48,261 nt of DNA from a virus. Shown one piece after another: positions 36,999 through 45,047 of the stretch (its first letter is position 1; each line of letters begins with the position of its first letter). A program made the translations under genes and the position numbers. The notes under the pieces are model-generated. The model ran no database searches and was not told the origin of the DNA. It worked only from the letters and a program-made list of their open reading frames with translations. The stretch covers positions 1 to 48,261 of IMG/VR virus record IMGVR_UViG_3300045988_064045; one strand, written 5' to 3'.

Positions 36999-37375
36999 TT
37001 AACCACCTTCTCGAGGAAGTTCTGGAACTCGTCGTAGATATCCGGGCCTTCCTTCTTTATAGTAGGTCTAATGATAGCATACTTAGCTTCGTGAGCAAGT
37101 TCTAGCCACTTGCCATAGTCAACACCATGTGACAACGTGATCCTCACGGTATGGTCATTCGGTTTCGACACCACTGCATCAAGACGACGTTTTGCTTCTC
37201 CAGTCCTGTCAGTCCAAGGTCTGTTCCTTTGCATATAGGACTTGAGTTTAGCTGCATTCGACTTTTGCAACATCTCGACTGCCGCCATCACCTTTGGCTT
37301 CAATTGCTCAAGTTTTGCAATAGTTTCTTCAGCGTCAATGTCAAGTGTTACTACCGAATCCGCCACCTTCATCAA
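36995..37375 (-). CDS. HK97 gp10-like head-tail adaptor
   Basis: Position, plus the RPWTDRTGEAKRRL segment. Confidence 0.4.
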   Translation of the reverse strand: MMKVADSVVTLDIDAEETIAKLEQLKPKVMAAVEMLQKSNAAKLKSYMQRNRPWTDRTGEAKRRLDAVVSKPNDHTVRITLSHGVDYGKWLELAHEAKYAIIRPTIKKEGPDIYDEFQNFLEKVVK

Positions 37376-37736
37376 CCTCCTGGAAACTAAGGTCAGCTAT
37401 CTTTCCCCAGTTTTGAACATCTACTGCTTTGACGAACTCAATCTTCCTGCCTTCAAACTCGATGTAGTCTCCATATTTAATATCGAGAACATCTGCTTCT
37501 TCTTTTAGACAAAGAACCATAGGCTGCTTTTTTGTCCTCGCGATCGAGGCATCACCTACTGTCTCTGTCTCATAGGAGTTGCTTTCATGGTATATGCCTC
37601 TCAGCATCCCGACAGTCACCACTTCACCAGAAAGCTCGTTGAACTCGTTTCGAGTCCTGCGCTTTATGACAAAGTCTTTACCTGACTGCTTTATCAACCT
37701 TGAAAGCTTGTAAGTCTCGAACTTCGTGTTATACAT
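37341..37736 (-). CDS. head closure / head-tail joining protein (putative)
   Basis: Track ORF 37341..37823; the likely start is the internal MYNTKF. Confidence 0.3.
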   Translation of the reverse strand: MYNTKFETYKLSRLIKQSGKDFVIKRRTRNEFNELSGEVVTVGMLRGIYHESNSYETETVGDASIARTKKQPMVLCLKEEADVLDIKYGDYIEFEGRKIEFVKAVDVQNWGKIADLSFQEVDEGGGFGSNT

Positions 37737-37986
37737 CGACAACACCTGAATTGTATTGACGATGGCGAGAAGCAAGTCGACGGAAGTAAGCACTCGTATC
37801 AGAAGTAGAAAGACCAGAAACACTGATAGTAGAATCTTCTGCTTTGACTAGAAGTAGATCATAGATCGTAGCTTCAAGATTCCCACCGTTCTTCTCATAG
37901 TAGTATTCGATGTCACCGTCTTCGAAGTAAGGAGACTGGACTTCTCGAGTCTCCCTGCGAATGGTCTCGATCTCGTCCAGAGTCAT
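37729..37986 (-). CDS. head-tail connector protein (putative)
   Basis: 85 aa, first gene after the capsid block. Confidence 0.3.
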   Translation of the reverse strand: MTLDEIETIRRETREVQSPYFEDGDIEYYYEKNGGNLEATIYDLLLVKAEDSTISVSGLSTSDTSAYFRRLASRHRQYNSGVVDV

Positions 37987-38000
37987 AGTCTCCTCCTCTT

Positions 38001-38300
38001 CTACTGAAGACCATTCTCAAGAAGGTACTTGGATACTACTTCCTCGACACCCTCACGAGTCTTGATCCCCTTGAGACCTACCATGTTGTCATGAGCAAAG
38101 TTCTTAAGCTCTGTATCGGTCCACTCAGACACAGGCTTGTCAAGCAGAGAAGAACCATCATCTGCGGCACCGTGAGGAGACTCAACGGGATCGTTATCGT
38201 TGTTCACCTCATGGAAACCAATGGGCTCATAGAAGTTATGGAAGCCACCGTCAGTGACAATGAACTCCTCAACGCCGTTCGTGATCTTCACCATTGGCAT
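38001..38300 (-). CDS. small protein with C-terminal HeH (Rho-N/SAP-like) motif
   Basis: SEWTDTELKNFAHDNMVGLKGIKTREGVEEVVSKYL. Confidence 0.35.
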   Translation of the reverse strand: MPMVKITNGVEEFIVTDGGFHNFYEPIGFHEVNNDNDPVESPHGAADDGSSLLDKPVSEWTDTELKNFAHDNMVGLKGIKTREGVEEVVSKYLLENGLQ

Positions 38301-38371
38301 TTGATTACCTCCGTTCTTACGACAGGGGCCGGGACTATGCCCGGCCCTAGTTGCTTTATCTCAGACTACTT

Positions 38372-39403
38372 CTAAGCAGTTGTAGTCAGGATGTAGACCT
38401 CATCTGCAGCCTCGAAAGACGGGAGGCAGATCTGGGAGACGATGGTCTCGACGTTCACCGGGTCAACCTTCTGAGCAGTGGTGACTGCGACACCAGTGTC
38501 AGTGATGGAGACATTGGCAGAAGAACCAGACATCAGGTCGGACTCGGCGGGAGTAGTACCAAACCAAGTCTTACCGAGGTTACCGTCCGGCATAAGCACG
38601 AAGGTGTTCTCGGGGACGTACTTTGTCTTAGTACCAGTGGACGAGATGTAGCGCTTGTCGTTGACCTCAACCGAGATACCGAGCTCCTGGAGCATGAACT
38701 CCCTGAGTCGGGTGTCAGAGACAACAGCCTGACCGTTAGACAGGACGAAGATGGACTTCTTCACCTTGTCGTTGTTACGGATGTTGCGCCAAGTAGCACC
38801 GTCGCACAGTGCACGGGTGATGGTCGCGCCAGTGTCATCCTGGATAGCCTCGGCTGCCTTTCGGATATCCTCAATGGGATCAGAAGTGGCAGTGTTAGAC
38901 CAAGACGTAGTCACGGAACCCTTGTGGGACACGCCGTAGTCGAAGGTGAAGTTCTGGCCGTTAGCAGTAAGCGCGACGGAACCTGTCGTCAGTGCCATCA
39001 TTCGCATAGCCTCTCGGGCTGCGGCGGCACCACGGAGAAGGTTGGTCTCGTCATCAAAGACACGATTGACAATGGAGTCAATGTAAGCCTGGTTGCCAGT
39101 TTCCATCACCATGTTGAGTTGCTGGCGAAGCTCCTCGTCAATGTAGGTGCTCTCCTTGAAGTAGGGCATCTCCGCGGAAAGACGGTCGAAACCGATACGG
39201 GGACGAGGAATGGAAGCAGCGTCAAAAGCGGAAGTGTTCAGGACAACGGGAAGGCCCTTGGAACCCTTGATCCACTTCAGATCAAGGCCGAGCTTCTTCT
39301 CGTTGGGGAACAGAGTCTCACCAAGGTAGGGAGCCTCATCCTGGTTGAGCTCCTCCCAGTAAGCAGTGATCTCAGTTGCACGAACAATATCAAAGATAGT
39401 CAT
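38372..39403 (-). CDS. major capsid protein (HK97-fold; lambda gpE-like family suspected)
   Basis: 343 aa, directly after the scaffold and a small gene. GC-rich codon usage differs from the rest of the genome. Confidence 0.6.
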   Translation of the reverse strand: MTIFDIVRATEITAYWEELNQDEAPYLGETLFPNEKKLGLDLKWIKGSKGLPVVLNTSAFDAASIPRPRIGFDRLSAEMPYFKESTYIDEELRQQLNMVMETGNQAYIDSIVNRVFDDETNLLRGAAAAREAMRMMALTTGSVALTANGQNFTFDYGVSHKGSVTTSWSNTATSDPIEDIRKAAEAIQDDTGATITRALCDGATWRNIRNNDKVKKSIFVLSNGQAVVSDTRLREFMLQELGISVEVNDKRYISSTGTKTKYVPENTFVLMPDGNLGKTWFGTTPAESDLMSGSSANVSITDTGVAVTTAQKVDPVNVETIVSQICLPSFEAADEVYILTTTA

Positions 39404-39419
39404 TTGCTATCCCCCTATC

Positions 39420-39797
39420 TTAAAGCTTGAGGAAAGACACGTTGGCAACCTTGTTGGCACCAGCAGTGACCTTTGCCTGGACATCGGACTCAAGTCGGTT
39501 GATGTTGACGAAACCGAAGATCAGCGCAGTACCGTTGGCATTGCCAGCAGTGACATCAACATCATGGAGAAGGACGGCATTCGCAGTAGAACCGACGGTA
39601 TCAGCAGTAGCAGCCGTGGAGAGCGAGCCATAGTCGATCACGATAGGCGTACCAGCCTTGGCGATCTTCTTAGAACCGACAACTGTACCGACGGCCTGAG
39701 CAACTACACAACCGACAGAAAACTGATGCTCGACATTAGCGAGAATCTGAGTAGGAGCACCGAGGGTCTCCTTGGTGATACCAGACTTGTTCAGCAT
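39420..39797 (-). CDS. hypothetical head protein (125 aa; decoration protein possible)
   Basis: Lies between the scaffold and major capsid genes; Gly/Ala/Val-rich. Confidence 0.35.
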   Translation of the reverse strand: MLNKSGITKETLGAPTQILANVEHQFSVGCVVAQAVGTVVGSKKIAKAGTPIVIDYGSLSTAATADTVGSTANAVLLHDVDVTAGNANGTALIFGFVNINRLESDVQAKVTAGANKVANVSFLKL

Positions 39798-39812
39798 AGT
39801 ATCTCCTTTCGA

Positions 39813-40526
39813 CTAATTTTTAAAATAATTAGACTTCCCACTGTTTGCACGGCGAGAAGTTGCGAGACGCTTACCGATAGAACCGGGTTGAGTCTTCGCA
39901 GGGTCGGAATTCTGGAGAGACGTCACATTCACAGTAGACCCTGTTCCCTTTGCGCGATTGGCTTCTTGCTGACGAGAAGCATCATCACCGACAAACCAAT
40001 CAGGGAACTTACTGCGAAGCATTGCAACCGCATCAGAGACACTCATCTCTTTACCGTTAGACTCGTTCTCCTTGATGGCGTTGTCAACAAGGACCGACAC
40101 CTCGTTCAAGATGTCTGCCTTTGCACCAGCAGCCATGCACTCGACCTTCACCTCGGCCTCATTAGCTCGACGAAGTGCATCCTCCAACTCAGCCGAGTTA
40201 CCGGAGCCGTCATCTGGATCAGTAGCAGGCTTCTGGCTTGCCACAAAGTTCTTCACCATGTTGACGAGTTCCTTATTGTTCGGGTCAATGCCGAGTGCAT
40301 TGTAAGCACTGTTGCGACCCTCCTGCTTCTCCTTCGTCATCATTGCAGTCACGTCAGACTGGGTGAACGTCTTCTCCTGAGTCTGCACCTGCTGGTTCTG
40401 AACCTGTTGGTTCTGGTCAATCACCTGCTGATTCTGACCATTGTTCTGGTCACCGTTCTGGTTCTGGTCGTCTACTTGGTTCTGGTTCTGAGGGTCCATG
40501 TTCTCTCCTTTGTCCATGACTTCCAT
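39813..40526 (-). CDS. scaffolding protein
   Basis: Gln/Asn-rich N-terminus (QNQNQVDDQNQNGDQNNGQNQQ) and helical charged C-terminus, directly before the capsid genes. Confidence 0.6.
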   Translation of the reverse strand: MEVMDKGENMDPQNQNQVDDQNQNGDQNNGQNQQVIDQNQQVQNQQVQTQEKTFTQSDVTAMMTKEKQEGRNSAYNALGIDPNNKELVNMVKNFVASQKPATDPDDGSGNSAELEDALRRANEAEVKVECMAAGAKADILNEVSVLVDNAIKENESNGKEMSVSDAVAMLRSKFPDWFVGDDASRQQEANRAKGTGSTVNVTSLQNSDPAKTQPGSIGKRLATSRRANSGKSNYFKN

Positions 40527-40575
40527 GGTGAGTTTACTATATGCAAATGGAAGCTTCTCTGCAAGTTCTCCTATG

Positions 40576-40962
40576 TCAGGACTGGTTTCCTGAAAAGTCG
40601 AGGACCAGAGTCAAACCGTCATCAAGCTTGACTTCCAGTCCATCCAACTTGTTTTCCAGTTTCTTCCTCGCACTCTCGAGGTCTGACTTCGCTTTGTCGC
40701 GTTCCATTTTTAATTTCTCTGAAGGCGAACCGGCGAAAGCTTCATGTAGTAGACTTACTTCTCTCTTCAAGATCATCTTAGAATGCTTGTCATCTACTTG
40801 GAGACAAACAGGTTCAAAGCATTTTGGACAAGTCTCGTATGTCAGATCATATTCCAAGTTGTTGTACTTGAACTTTGAACTGTGCACAGTGGAGATGAAA
40901 GAAACTGCTCCGCATGATGGACACTTGACTTTTGCCAAAAGACCACTTTCAGCTTTTCGCAT
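40576..40962 (-). CDS. zinc-ribbon (CPSCG...CPKC) coiled-coil protein
   Basis: Two CxxC pairs and a C-terminal heptad region. Has its own promoter, h. Confidence 0.4.
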   Translation of the reverse strand: MRKAESGLLAKVKCPSCGAVSFISTVHSSKFKYNNLEYDLTYETCPKCFEPVCLQVDDKHSKMILKREVSLLHEAFAGSPSEKLKMERDKAKSDLESARKKLENKLDGLEVKLDDGLTLVLDFSGNQS

Positions 40963-40980
40963 AGCTCCGCCTTCCTATAA

Positions 40981-40996
40981 ATTATATCACAAGTAA
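40981..40996 (-). promoter_or_regulatory. extended -10 promoter (TGA TATAAT), family member h, inside the head module
   Basis: Plus strand aattatatcacaag. Confidence 0.5.
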
Positions 40997-41012
40997 GACT
41001 CGAAGTATACTA

Positions 41013-41852
41013 CTAATAGTCAATATTTTCTAGACAATATTCGGTGAACTTTCCGATCTTCTTCTTGAGTTCAACCGGCACCATCTTCAACCACTTGCCT
41101 GGGATACCAGAAAGACCAAACCTCAAACCTGCGATCGAGCCTGCAATTGCTGCGATTGTATCAGAGTCTCCACCGTCATTGACGGCCCCAAGTACGACCT
41201 GTAAGTAAGTCTTACCGATCTTGTTCCACCATAGCACATTGTTGAATGTATTCGTGAGGCACCCAGTCGGCTTCTGAGGCCCCTTTACGTCCGTGTCAAA
41301 TGGTTTACCCATGAGAAGGTCTTGAATGATCTTAGAATAGGTCTGAATGACTTCTCTTGACTTCAAGGAATTGTGGGTGATCACACCCTGTTGGTCATTG
41401 TGATCATATAGACCTAGAAGAGCACATGGGAGAGCCCTCATCAAAGCACCATTTCCAAGGACTTCATCATCCCTGTCGATGAACTTGCCATTGTCAGCAA
41501 AGTATTCGATGCCTGCCAGACAAGCACCACCAACATCTTTTGGCATTCCTTCAAGCCATACTACAAACCTCTTCGCGACGTCCTTTTTAAAAACATCTAC
41601 ATCTGAAGAGTCAATGTCAGACAAGAACGAATCAATAATGCACATAGTCATCTCGGTGTCATCTGTGACTTCACCAGGCTTCAGGTTCAACCATCCACCT
41701 CCGATCATGTCCTTGACTCGACCATACTTAGCGATGACTTGATCTGAATCCATGAACTCAGTAGTAGCACCAAGAGAGTCGCCTATACAGAAACCGTATA
41801 GTGAACCTGCAATCTTATTCTTCAAGTTCATCTTAACTTCTGAAGAAGACAT
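41013..41852 (-). CDS. ADP-ribosylglycohydrolase (ARH/DraG/Tri1-like)
   Basis: GDSLGATTEF, TDDTEMT, GNGALMR and C-terminal GGDSDTIAAIAGSIAG: the di-metal ARH motif set. Confidence 0.8.
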   Translation of the reverse strand: MSSSEVKMNLKNKIAGSLYGFCIGDSLGATTEFMDSDQVIAKYGRVKDMIGGGWLNLKPGEVTDDTEMTMCIIDSFLSDIDSSDVDVFKKDVAKRFVVWLEGMPKDVGGACLAGIEYFADNGKFIDRDDEVLGNGALMRALPCALLGLYDHNDQQGVITHNSLKSREVIQTYSKIIQDLLMGKPFDTDVKGPQKPTGCLTNTFNNVLWWNKIGKTYLQVVLGAVNDGGDSDTIAAIAGSIAGLRFGLSGIPGKWLKMVPVELKKKIGKFTEYCLENIDY

Positions 41853-41866
41853 TTTCCTCCTCCAAC

Positions 41867-41891
41867 TTAGGCCCCTATGGCCATTATAACG
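41867..41891 (-). promoter_or_regulatory. AGGCCCCT-type element plus TATAAT -10 upstream of the ARH gene
   Basis: Plus strand ttaggcccctatggccattataacg (compare 17021-17045). The -10 is the revcomp of 41884-41889. The UTR carries GGAGGAGG. Confidence 0.3.
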
Positions 41892-41925
41892 ACATCTTAA
41901 ACCATATGCAGAAGCATGTAAACTG

Positions 41926-42192
41926 CTATTTTTCTTTCAGTTCACATTCCTCACCTGACATGACGTCTTCTGGCTTATGGTCATACTTGTAGCATTTTGT
42001 AACTACGCCGTAAAGCCGTCCATCTTTGTTCTCCTGACCATTTTTAAATGGGTCAGAATCATCATACCTGAACTTGCAATCAGCACAAGTAAGATCTGAT
42101 ACTTTAACTGGACTTGCCGCCATACTTTCTGATCTGATCCTCTCGTCAAATTCATTGCTGTTACTTGAAGCTAGATTTCTAGACATAGACAC
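41926..42192 (-). CDS. small 4-Cys protein (CxxC...C...C), unknown function, between the toxin-domain gene and the ARH gene
   Basis: 88 aa. RBS AGGAAGGAG. Downstream of the TATAAT at 42219-42224. Confidence 0.4.
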   Translation of the reverse strand: MSMSRNLASSNSNEFDERIRSESMAASPVKVSDLTCADCKFRYDDSDPFKNGQENKDGRLYGVVTKCYKYDHKPEDVMSGEECELKEK

Positions 42193-42234
42193 TCCTTCCT
42201 TGCTACAATCTTAATTCAATTATATACCTGTTAG

Positions 42235-44976
42235 TTATGACACGATCCTGAGGAATACTTTTACGAAAGCATCTTTGTGGTAGTCTTCTGACTTCTCGAT
42301 ACCGACACATTCGACCTTTGTACCAGGAGCCAAGAGGAACTCTCCTTCTTCATCTTTGAATGCTGACTTTGTCAGAACAGATATGCCCTTAGTACCTTCT
42401 GGAGCATCTATGATTACTTCTACAGAGCCACTGAAACCTCTTGAATATACAGAAGAAGTAGACGTGAATCCCTTGTACACTCCCTGTGATCCCTTGAAAG
42501 CATCGTTAAGTTCTTCTGCCGTCATTTCTTCTAGCCTTGCACTGTCTCCAATGAAGTCGTTACTATCCATGAACAGACCCACAAGGTCTCCATAGTCAGT
42601 ACATCTTCTCAAGACCATGTCTTCTTTAGTCCTAGAGTTCTCCATGTCTTCGTCAAGTATCTTCAGTATCTTCACAAGCCTATCTGACAAACCTTCTCTC
42701 TTCGCTGTACTGGCATCAAACTTCGTCTTACTTTTCCTAAGCCATCTATTGATCTTCTCGTACGGACCACCTGTATATTCATCAAGAGCTTCGATTGACC
42801 TGTCATCAAACTTAGCGAAGATACTCTTCTCACTCTTGATGAGTTTTGCTATCTTCTTGTTGTCTTCTTCTTCGGTGGAACTCATAAACTTCTTGAAGTC
42901 TTTCTTCATCTCATCAATTGACTTCTTCCTCAGCGTCACTTTCTCTACGTTTTTAGCAGTCTTATCTGCCACAATGTCACTAGCCAAGCCATTCTTTTTC
43001 AAGTCTTTAAGTTCATCTTCGATCTTAGCAACCTTGTCGATGTATGGCTTCAATTCTTCTATGTCAGACTTGAACAGACCAGTTGCTCTTGAGAAGTCAA
43101 ACTTGATATTATCAATGTAACGGTCTTCTATGCCAAAGTCTTTGAACTTCTTTATCATGGAAGCATCTCCTTCCATGACTTTACCTACAAACTTAGCAGA
43201 GATCTTGTCAGTCACACTGAAGTTCAGGTTTGCAACAGAAAGGTTAGAAGCTTCATCTGGGAACATCAACTTGTAAAGCTCGAGAATCTTCTTCTTGTCG
43301 TCCTCGGTGTAGCCACCAAGATAATCGCCTTTTAGACCAAGAGGTATGTCAAGCTTACCGTAAAGATACTCGCTAGAACCCTTAGGATTGATCTTCTTAA
43401 GTATCTCGTCGTAAGGTACGCCATCTTCTTTCATGTCCAAGAACTTCTTTATCTTGTTGACATCCTTCTTGCCAAGTTGCAGTTCCTTTGCGGCTTTGCT
43501 CAATGCTTTTTCTGAACTCTTCTTTGCTTCATTCAAGTCTTTTTCAAGCTCAGCAATGTCAACCTTCTTGACTGCAGAGTCAACTTTTTCTAGTTTATCA
43601 GACTTGACAAACTTATTAAATATTGAACCCTTGGTGTCGCCAAGCTTCTTACCGGTCTCAGATTCGAAAAGCTTCTTCACCTTGTTTTCAACAGATGACA
43701 CGTCGACACCGTCAATCACGTCATCTGAAAGTAAGTACTTCACAAAGTCCTCATTTGTAAAGTAGTCATGGTCATAAAGCTCGTTAAAGTACTTTTCTAC
43801 AGTCTTGCCTATCTCATTATGCACTTTGTCAGACAGACTATCAATAAGTTGAATATAATCTCCAGAATCAATTGCAGACTTGATATTCTTCTTATAGTTA
43901 GAAAACCACTTATTGAACTCATCTATGTTGTCAACAGCATCTTCAACTTTGTCAACAACATCTTCGACTTTGTCAATTACTTCTACCTTCGGCTTTGCTT
44001 TCGGCTTTACCTTAGGTTTGTTAGGAGTCTTCAATAGACTCTTCGCGAGTTCGTCTTTGTCATACCCGAGGAGATCGGCGAACTTGTCAATGCCCTTTGT
44101 CTTCTTGGTCTCCTTGCCATTGACCCAGTCTGCAAGTTGGTCAGTGATATCATCGTCAATGACTGGCTCCATCACACACATGCCATTAGGATGGTCTAGT
44201 GGAAGCTTAGACAATGCATAGACTTTACCGTTGCGCTTCTTACATATCTCGCATACACGAGAACCGTTAGCTATCCACTTGATCTTACTTATGAACGGGT
44301 TGTCCCAGGCAACTTGTGATACTGACTTCTGGTAAGCGTGCTGTGACAAAGTCCTTACCAGACGCTGTGCATTGTAGTCAGTCTTCCTACCATAGATCTT
44401 GGTACCGTCCGGACCAGTCCAATCCAACTTCTTTGTCGGGTCAACAAAGTCTCGTAGGTTCTCGGCAATCTCCTGGACACCCATCTGCATTGTCATGCCC
44501 TCTGCAACTATCCTATAGATAGTCTTGAGGTTCTTCTCGTTGTCTCCCCAGATGCTCTTCGAGAGAGACCATGAACCAGACTTACCACCATAGATCTTAC
44601 CAGTCACGATGGAGTTCACCACCGACTGGTTCACGTTACTGAAAGCAGCACTGACGTGACCCTTATTAAAACCAAGAGACTCAAGCCATTTTGCATTGTC
44701 TTCTACTACGGCATCAGACACAGACCCGATCGCTTGTGTCACCTTCGAGTACACACCATTGCTCAACTCTTTAGACCAAGCTTCGACTTGCTTCTTGAGT
44801 TGGGTGTAGTACATCTGCTGCAATGGAGCACTAGCAGTGTCTTTCTTCCCGTACTTCTTACCGAGATCATCGATCTTCTTGCCAAGCTCGACATACATCT
44901 GCTGGATCTCCTGCGATTCCTTAGCAGTGATTTTGTCTCGCATTCCATTAGCATATTCAAACGGGTTACTTGGCAT
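42235..44976 (-). CDS. MuF-family head morphogenesis protein fused to a C-terminal R-S-E ADP-ribosyltransferase toxin domain
   Basis: N-terminal 300 aa contain the MuF/gp7 motif WIANGSRVCEICKKRNGKVY...DHPNGMCVMEPV. C-terminus has YTGGPYEKINRWLR (NAD-binding ART motif), LRRC (catalytic Arg), GFTSTSS (STS motif) and EGEFLLAPG (ExE ARTT loop). A KPKVKPKAKPK/DKVED repeat linker separates the two. Confidence 0.8.
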   Translation of the reverse strand: MPSNPFEYANGMRDKITAKESQEIQQMYVELGKKIDDLGKKYGKKDTASAPLQQMYYTQLKKQVEAWSKELSNGVYSKVTQAIGSVSDAVVEDNAKWLESLGFNKGHVSAAFSNVNQSVVNSIVTGKIYGGKSGSWSLSKSIWGDNEKNLKTIYRIVAEGMTMQMGVQEIAENLRDFVDPTKKLDWTGPDGTKIYGRKTDYNAQRLVRTLSQHAYQKSVSQVAWDNPFISKIKWIANGSRVCEICKKRNGKVYALSKLPLDHPNGMCVMEPVIDDDITDQLADWVNGKETKKTKGIDKFADLLGYDKDELAKSLLKTPNKPKVKPKAKPKVEVIDKVEDVVDKVEDAVDNIDEFNKWFSNYKKNIKSAIDSGDYIQLIDSLSDKVHNEIGKTVEKYFNELYDHDYFTNEDFVKYLLSDDVIDGVDVSSVENKVKKLFESETGKKLGDTKGSIFNKFVKSDKLEKVDSAVKKVDIAELEKDLNEAKKSSEKALSKAAKELQLGKKDVNKIKKFLDMKEDGVPYDEILKKINPKGSSEYLYGKLDIPLGLKGDYLGGYTEDDKKKILELYKLMFPDEASNLSVANLNFSVTDKISAKFVGKVMEGDASMIKKFKDFGIEDRYIDNIKFDFSRATGLFKSDIEELKPYIDKVAKIEDELKDLKKNGLASDIVADKTAKNVEKVTLRKKSIDEMKKDFKKFMSSTEEEDNKKIAKLIKSEKSIFAKFDDRSIEALDEYTGGPYEKINRWLRKSKTKFDASTAKREGLSDRLVKILKILDEDMENSRTKEDMVLRRCTDYGDLVGLFMDSNDFIGDSARLEEMTAEELNDAFKGSQGVYKGFTSTSSVYSRGFSGSVEVIIDAPEGTKGISVLTKSAFKDEEGEFLLAPGTKVECVGIEKSEDYHKDAFVKVFLRIVS

Positions 44977-45006
44977 CGAAGACCTCCTCTCATAGGTTAG
45001 AAGCTA

Positions 45007-45021
45007 CCAGACGTCATCTGA
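45007..45021. promoter_or_regulatory. palindrome copy 3 (CCAGACGTCATCTGAGG) between the portal and MuF genes
   Basis: 14 of 15 identical to the copies at 1982-1996 and 13753-13767. Confidence 0.4.
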
Positions 45022-45047
45022 GGACATCTAATTGTTTGGATGGGTGT

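Noticed and set aside
38351-40631. Two long plus-strand ORFs (359 and 421 aa) overlapping the capsid and scaffold genes
   Set aside because: They are antisense to a continuous minus-strand gene chain with RBSs and recognisable products. They are low-complexity, Leu/Arg/Ser-rich translations typical of the antisense frame in GC-rich DNA.
43913-43990. Short tandem nucleotide repeat (tttgtcaacaRcatcttcgac x2) in the MuF gene
   Set aside because: It encodes the DKVED(V/A)VD linker repeat, so it is a coding-level repeat rather than a regulatory element.
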